DNA of 64,000 nt from positions 36,270,001-36,334,000 of the forward strand of contig OZ024745.1 in the NCBI GenBank assembly GCA_964016885.1, in the 5' to 3' direction. Both the position numbers and the translations under genes were made by a program. Every line of letters starts with the position of its first letter. Within the stretch, counting starts at the first letter, position 1. A model generated the notes under the pieces. That model did no database searches. It worked only from the letters and a program-made list of their open reading frames with translations, and was not told where the DNA came from. This document shows positions 59,533 to 64,000 of this stretch, in pieces. This DNA is from Eledone cirrhosa (Eukaryota).

Positions 59533-61065
59533 CTAGTTTCTGCTGATAAGTGTTATTTTTAATTCTTCTAGTCTTGTGTAGCATGTGTATATATCTGAAA
59601 CTATTGTGCAGATCCTTCTGGCTACGTTATAAGGAATTGCCATTTTGGTATGGCCAGGGTGAAACAAAAATGGAAGATATTGTTTGGAGTCTGTGGGTTT
59701 GTAGTATATGTCTGTTTCTATTTTGTTGTTTCTTTTCTTGATGAGGATGTCAAGGAAAGGGAGTTGTTCTTGGCTGTATTCCATTGTAAATTGTATATTT
59801 GTGTTGAGTCCATTTAGAATTGTTTTAAACTCAATCAGTGTTTCTATTCGTTCATGCCAGAGGATGAAGCAGTCGTCCAGATATCTCTTCCAGGTTTTTT
59901 CTATGTGTAGGTAGAAGTGGTTTCCGTATTTGTCTAGAGCTTTACGGTAGAGAGCAGTTTCGAAATATCCTAAGACATGGTTGGCGTATGAGGGGTTTAC
60001 TTTCGTGTCCATGGCAGTCCCAGATTTCTGTCTGTAGTATTTGGCATCGAATTTGAAGAAGTTATTTTCCAAGATGAATTTAAGGCCCTCCATCACAAAT
60101 TCTTCAGAGATGCGCTGTGGAAGTTCATTGGGGAAATTTTTAAGCCAGAATTGTATTGCCTCTATACCTAGGTTGTGTGGGATATTGGACAATAGATTGA
60201 TTACATCAAAGCTTACTAGTAGGGTATGTTTATTATTAAGTGTTGTTGGGAGGTGGTTGAGCATGTCAAGGTCGTCCCTTTTTATGTGTTTTAGGAAAGG
60301 TTTAAGCAGAATATCTAGGAAATTGCTTAGGCGGTGCGTTTCACATGTGGTACCTGCTATTATGGGTCTTAATTTGATGTCATCAGGAGGGGGATATTGA
60401 TGTAAATGTCTGTATCTTCCTTGCAGGCCCTGCCTATTAATTCGCTTTTGTGTGTCTTTGGGATACCGTAAAAAAGGCTGGTTCTGCTTTTGAAATTGGT
60501 GATGTAAGTTGTATTCCTTGTCGGTAAGGCCTTCTTTGCAAAGAGTTGTTAGGGATTTTAGGTTTCTCATTATTTTCTCTTGTGTGTAGTGTTGGGCCTT
60601 TTCGTAATATGTTTGGTTTTCAAGAGTTGAGAGTACTAGAGTCGTGTAGTAATTTGTCTTCATAAGGATTACTCCACTCCCTTTATCCGCCTCTTTCATT
60701 GTCAGGGTTTTGTCGTTCTTTAGACTGTTAAGACCATTCCATTCCTTTTTGCTTAGGTTTGGTTTTTGTTATGTCTGTGTAGGTGGTGGTATGGGTAATT
60801 AATAATGTGTTCGCATAATTGATCGAGGAATTTGTTCTTGCCTTTTGGTGGGGTGTAGTTGATTCTATTTCTGGCTATTGAGTCATCCTCATTGTATTTG
60901 TCGTGTAGTTGTTCGCTGAGTCTTAGTTTTCTACAGAATTCTGCAATGTCTTCCTTCATTTCGGGGTAGTTTGGACGTTGGGGAGTTAGTGTAAATGTCA
61001 GACCTTTGGAGAGTATGTTGATTTTGTCTGTTGTTAATTCTTTAGGCATTAAATTAACGGTTTTT
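59533..61065 (-). pseudogene. PLE reverse transcriptase (frameshifted)
   Basis: ORFs 59533-60699 and 60753-61049 carry the PLE RT motifs, including YLDD; out-of-frame stretch near 60400-60500. Confidence 0.93.
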
Positions 61066-62745
61066 ATTTCATTTGGTGTCTCCTGTGTGTTATGTGTTAT
61101 CTCGTTAACCTGTGTCTGTGTGCTGTTTCTAAAAAATTATTACGGAAGTTATGGTGGTTGTTGAAGTTTGGATGTCCCTTGTGGTTCTATTGGCCCCTGC
61201 TGTTGTTGTTAGAGGGTGTGTAGTTGTGGTGGTTGTTGAATATAGGTTGTATAGTAGGGTTGTATTGAGCCCTACTGTTGTTGTAGCGTGTGTAGATTTT
61301 ATGGACGTTGTTATAGGGTGTGTAGTTGTGGTGGTTGTTGAAGTTAGGTTCTATCGTATGGTTATATTGAGCCCTGCTTTTGTTGTTGTAGGGTGTGTAG
61401 ACTTGGTGGTAGCTGTAGTAGGGTTGCATTGTGTGGTTATATTGAGTCCTGCTGTTGTTGTTGTATGGTGTGTAGTTATGGTGGTTGTAGTGGTTAGGGT
61501 GTCTCGTGGGGTTGTATTGTCCCCTGCTGGTGTTATTGTGGGATGTGGTTAGTGGAGGGGGGTAGATTAGGGTTTCCTTATAGTTGGTGTGTAGTTGTGA
61601 CCCTATGTGGCATGTGTGGTAGTTGTGTATTTTGGGTTCTATGTTGAAAGTAATGATGGTTGTGGGTTTGTTGTGTGGGGATGTTAGGGGGGTTGTAAAG
61701 GTTGGCGTTTCTATGGTTTCTGCTGGTGGGAGAGAAGTTGTAGTGTCTATCTTGTAGCTGATGTTTCTCTATTACTATATTTGTTGCAGCGGAATCCGTG
61801 TGGTAGCTATGTGGTGGGTGTAGGAGGTAGGGGTGAGGTGAAGCCTTCTTTTTTTTTTGCTATGTGGGGAGGTATTTTTTTGTTGTTGTTGTTGGTTGTT
61901 GTGTGGTGTTTGGGTGGTGATTAGGTTTTCTTACTATTGTGGTTTTAATGAAGGGGTTCTTGGATGTGTGTTCTTTTTGGAAAAGTGTTTCATAGTTAGA
62001 AAACGTTTATTTCCTAACGCTGAAGGGATTTTAATTCTTCCTTATTACAGTCCTCTAGCCATAGTTTTGAAATATTTTGTAGGGTGGTGTCTTTGGTTTT
62101 ATTAATAATTGCTTGATTAATTTCATCGTCGATTGATTTGATCCTATCTTCATTTGCTTGGGCTCTCAATTTTCGGTTTTCATGTTATCAAGTGCCATTC
62201 TTTCTCTGAGGCGTCTTTGTGTCTGGGGTTCGTTTGAGATGGATTTAATTTGTAGTTTGCGGGGAAGGATTAATGGGGATAAGTTAATCAATTTTTCATA
62301 GATCTCTGCTTTGTTATTATTTTGTATCATCTCCCAAAAGGAGAATTTCTTGTTTTTAAGAGATGTGTACGATTGTCGTATTAATTTGTTTTTTATTTCG
62401 TAAGTTGTGACTGTATTAGTGTCATGTGTTTTCTCGTTTGCTTAAATAGGATTTGTGTTGTTATTCAGGTGTGTTTTTATTGTCTCACATAAGTTGTTGA
62501 TATTGTCGTTGGTTTCAGTGGATGTGTATTTTGGGATTGTTTCTTCACTTGTAGAATTAAATTTGTTGGTGAGTATTGACAAATTAGAGTTTATTTTTTG
62601 TAGTTATTGGAGTATCTCTTGATTGATGTTAATGAAAGTGGAGTCTGTTTTGGTTTTAGTTGGCATTTTCTGTATCTCGTGTGGGAGTAAATAATAATTA
62701 TAAAATGTGGAGAAGGCGCACACGAGTTGGAATATATATATATGT

Positions 62746-62935
62746 AAATAGGAAAAGGTATGACCCCGACGGCAGAGCTCAAGCCGTTTCGACGGCTATT
62801 TCTGGACTCGAAACGGCTTGAGCTCTGCCGTCAGGGTCATACTTTTTTCCTATTTCGCACTCTACTGCCCTAAGTATTGAGTACTTTGTTGCGTTATGGT
62901 CCATCTGGATCCTTACCACAATTCCTTCGTTATAT
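62746..62935. mobile_element. Family E fold-back element between two PLE copies
   Basis: Arms 62746-62792/62808-62855, continuing to ccttcgtta(ta). Confidence 0.8.
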
Positions 62936-62959
62936 ATGTAATAATGGAGAAAAAAACGA

Positions 62960-64000
62960 TTATATCCCACACAACCTACGTATATATGCAATACAATTGT
63001 GGCTAAAAAATTCCCCAATGAACTTCCACAGCGCATCCCTAAAGAATTTGTGATGGACGGCCTAAAATTCATCTTGGAAAATAACTTCTTTGAATTCGAT
63101 GCGCCAACCTTATCATAGGATATTTGAAAACTACTCTCTACCGTAAAGTTCTAGACAAATACGGAAACCACTTCTACCTACACATTGAAAAACACTGGAA
63201 GAGATATCTGGACGATAACTTCATCCTCTGGCATGAAAGTATAGAAAGACTGATGAGTTTAAAACAATTCTAAATGGACTCAACACAAACATACAATTTA
63301 CAATGGAATACAGCCAAGATCAACACCCTTTCCTTGATATCGACACCAAGAAAACAAACGAACAAAATAGAAACAGACATATACTACAAACCCACAGACT
63401 CCAAACAATATCTTCCAATTATCACGTGCCACCCTGGCCATACCAAAATGGAATTTCATTATAACGTAGCCAGAATAATCTGCACAATAGCTTCAGATAA
63501 ATACACATGCTACACACGACGAGATCAAGTAAAGAAAACACTTATCAGCAGAAACTACCCACCATCCCTAATCAACAATGTATTCCAACTTAACGTAAAA
63601 CTCAACATCCAGGAACTCAGACACCCCAGACCCAGGAATGAACAGAAACAGAAAACTCGACCATACTTCTTCACAGACAACCTCCTCAACAATGAGGAAT
63701 TGGACACCATCCTCCAGAACATTACTTTACTAAAAAGAGACTCAAGAATGAACAAAATCCTCCAAACACACAAACATCAAAAAGAGCAAAAGACAACCTA
63801 AATCCATAAAAAACATCCTCACACAATCCAAAATCCAACCAAACCTCATAATGAAGCCTACAGTAAATATTGCGGAAGGCCCAACTGTGGTATATGCATA
63901 AATCTAATAGAAGGTTCAACATTCCACTTTAAACAAGGACAATATTTCACAGTTAAATACAACTTTACATGTGCATCTGAAAACCTAATCTATGTTTTGA
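62960..64000 (+). pseudogene. Second, 5'-truncated Neptune PLE copy (RT 3' half to the start of GIY-YIG; runs off the window)
   Basis: Diverged reverse complement of about 60185-59092; RYLDD, YYKPTDSKQYL, CGRPNCGIC, CASENLIYVL; internal deletion near 63100. Confidence 0.92.

Larger units (their letters stand above)
58083..62730 (-). mobile_element. Near full-length decayed Neptune-type Penelope-like element
   Basis: In order: VNL..KELT...ILSKGLTF, KEADKG, LRPII, SFDV..L.SNIP, QKSGTAM, RYLDD, LPFLDI, YYKPTD, linker CGWPNCGIC, CASENLIYVLTCSDC..HLIGQ, P.LN. Ends in an HHR and a (TA/TG)n tail. Confidence 0.92.

Overview
Very AT-rich, microsatellite-dense eukaryotic DNA. It is probably an octopus/coleoid cephalopod intron or intergenic region, inferred from SINEs that match remembered Octopus consensus sequences. 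No host gene can be firmly supported, and most predicted ORFs are translations of (TA)n/(CA)n/(GA)n repeats. Recognisable elements are: a near full-length decayed Neptune-type Penelope-like element (PLE; RT plus C-terminal GIY-YIG) with a second inverted partial copy; a second PLE GIY-YIG fragment; an RTE LINE with a twin-priming-type inversion; a CR1/L2 3' end; two Helitrons, one with a PIF1 helicase pseudogene; several SINEs and minisatellites. The main signal not seen in the ORF track is about 20 intact or decayed type I hammerhead ribozyme (HHR) motifs from at least 8 sequence families. They sit in short non-coding elements inserted in (TA)n tracts as fold-back inverted repeats and/or tandem monomers of about 310-700 bp, resembling PLE pseudo-LTRs or retrozymes. 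Several families carry their own palindromic stem III. All structures were read by eye and not computed.
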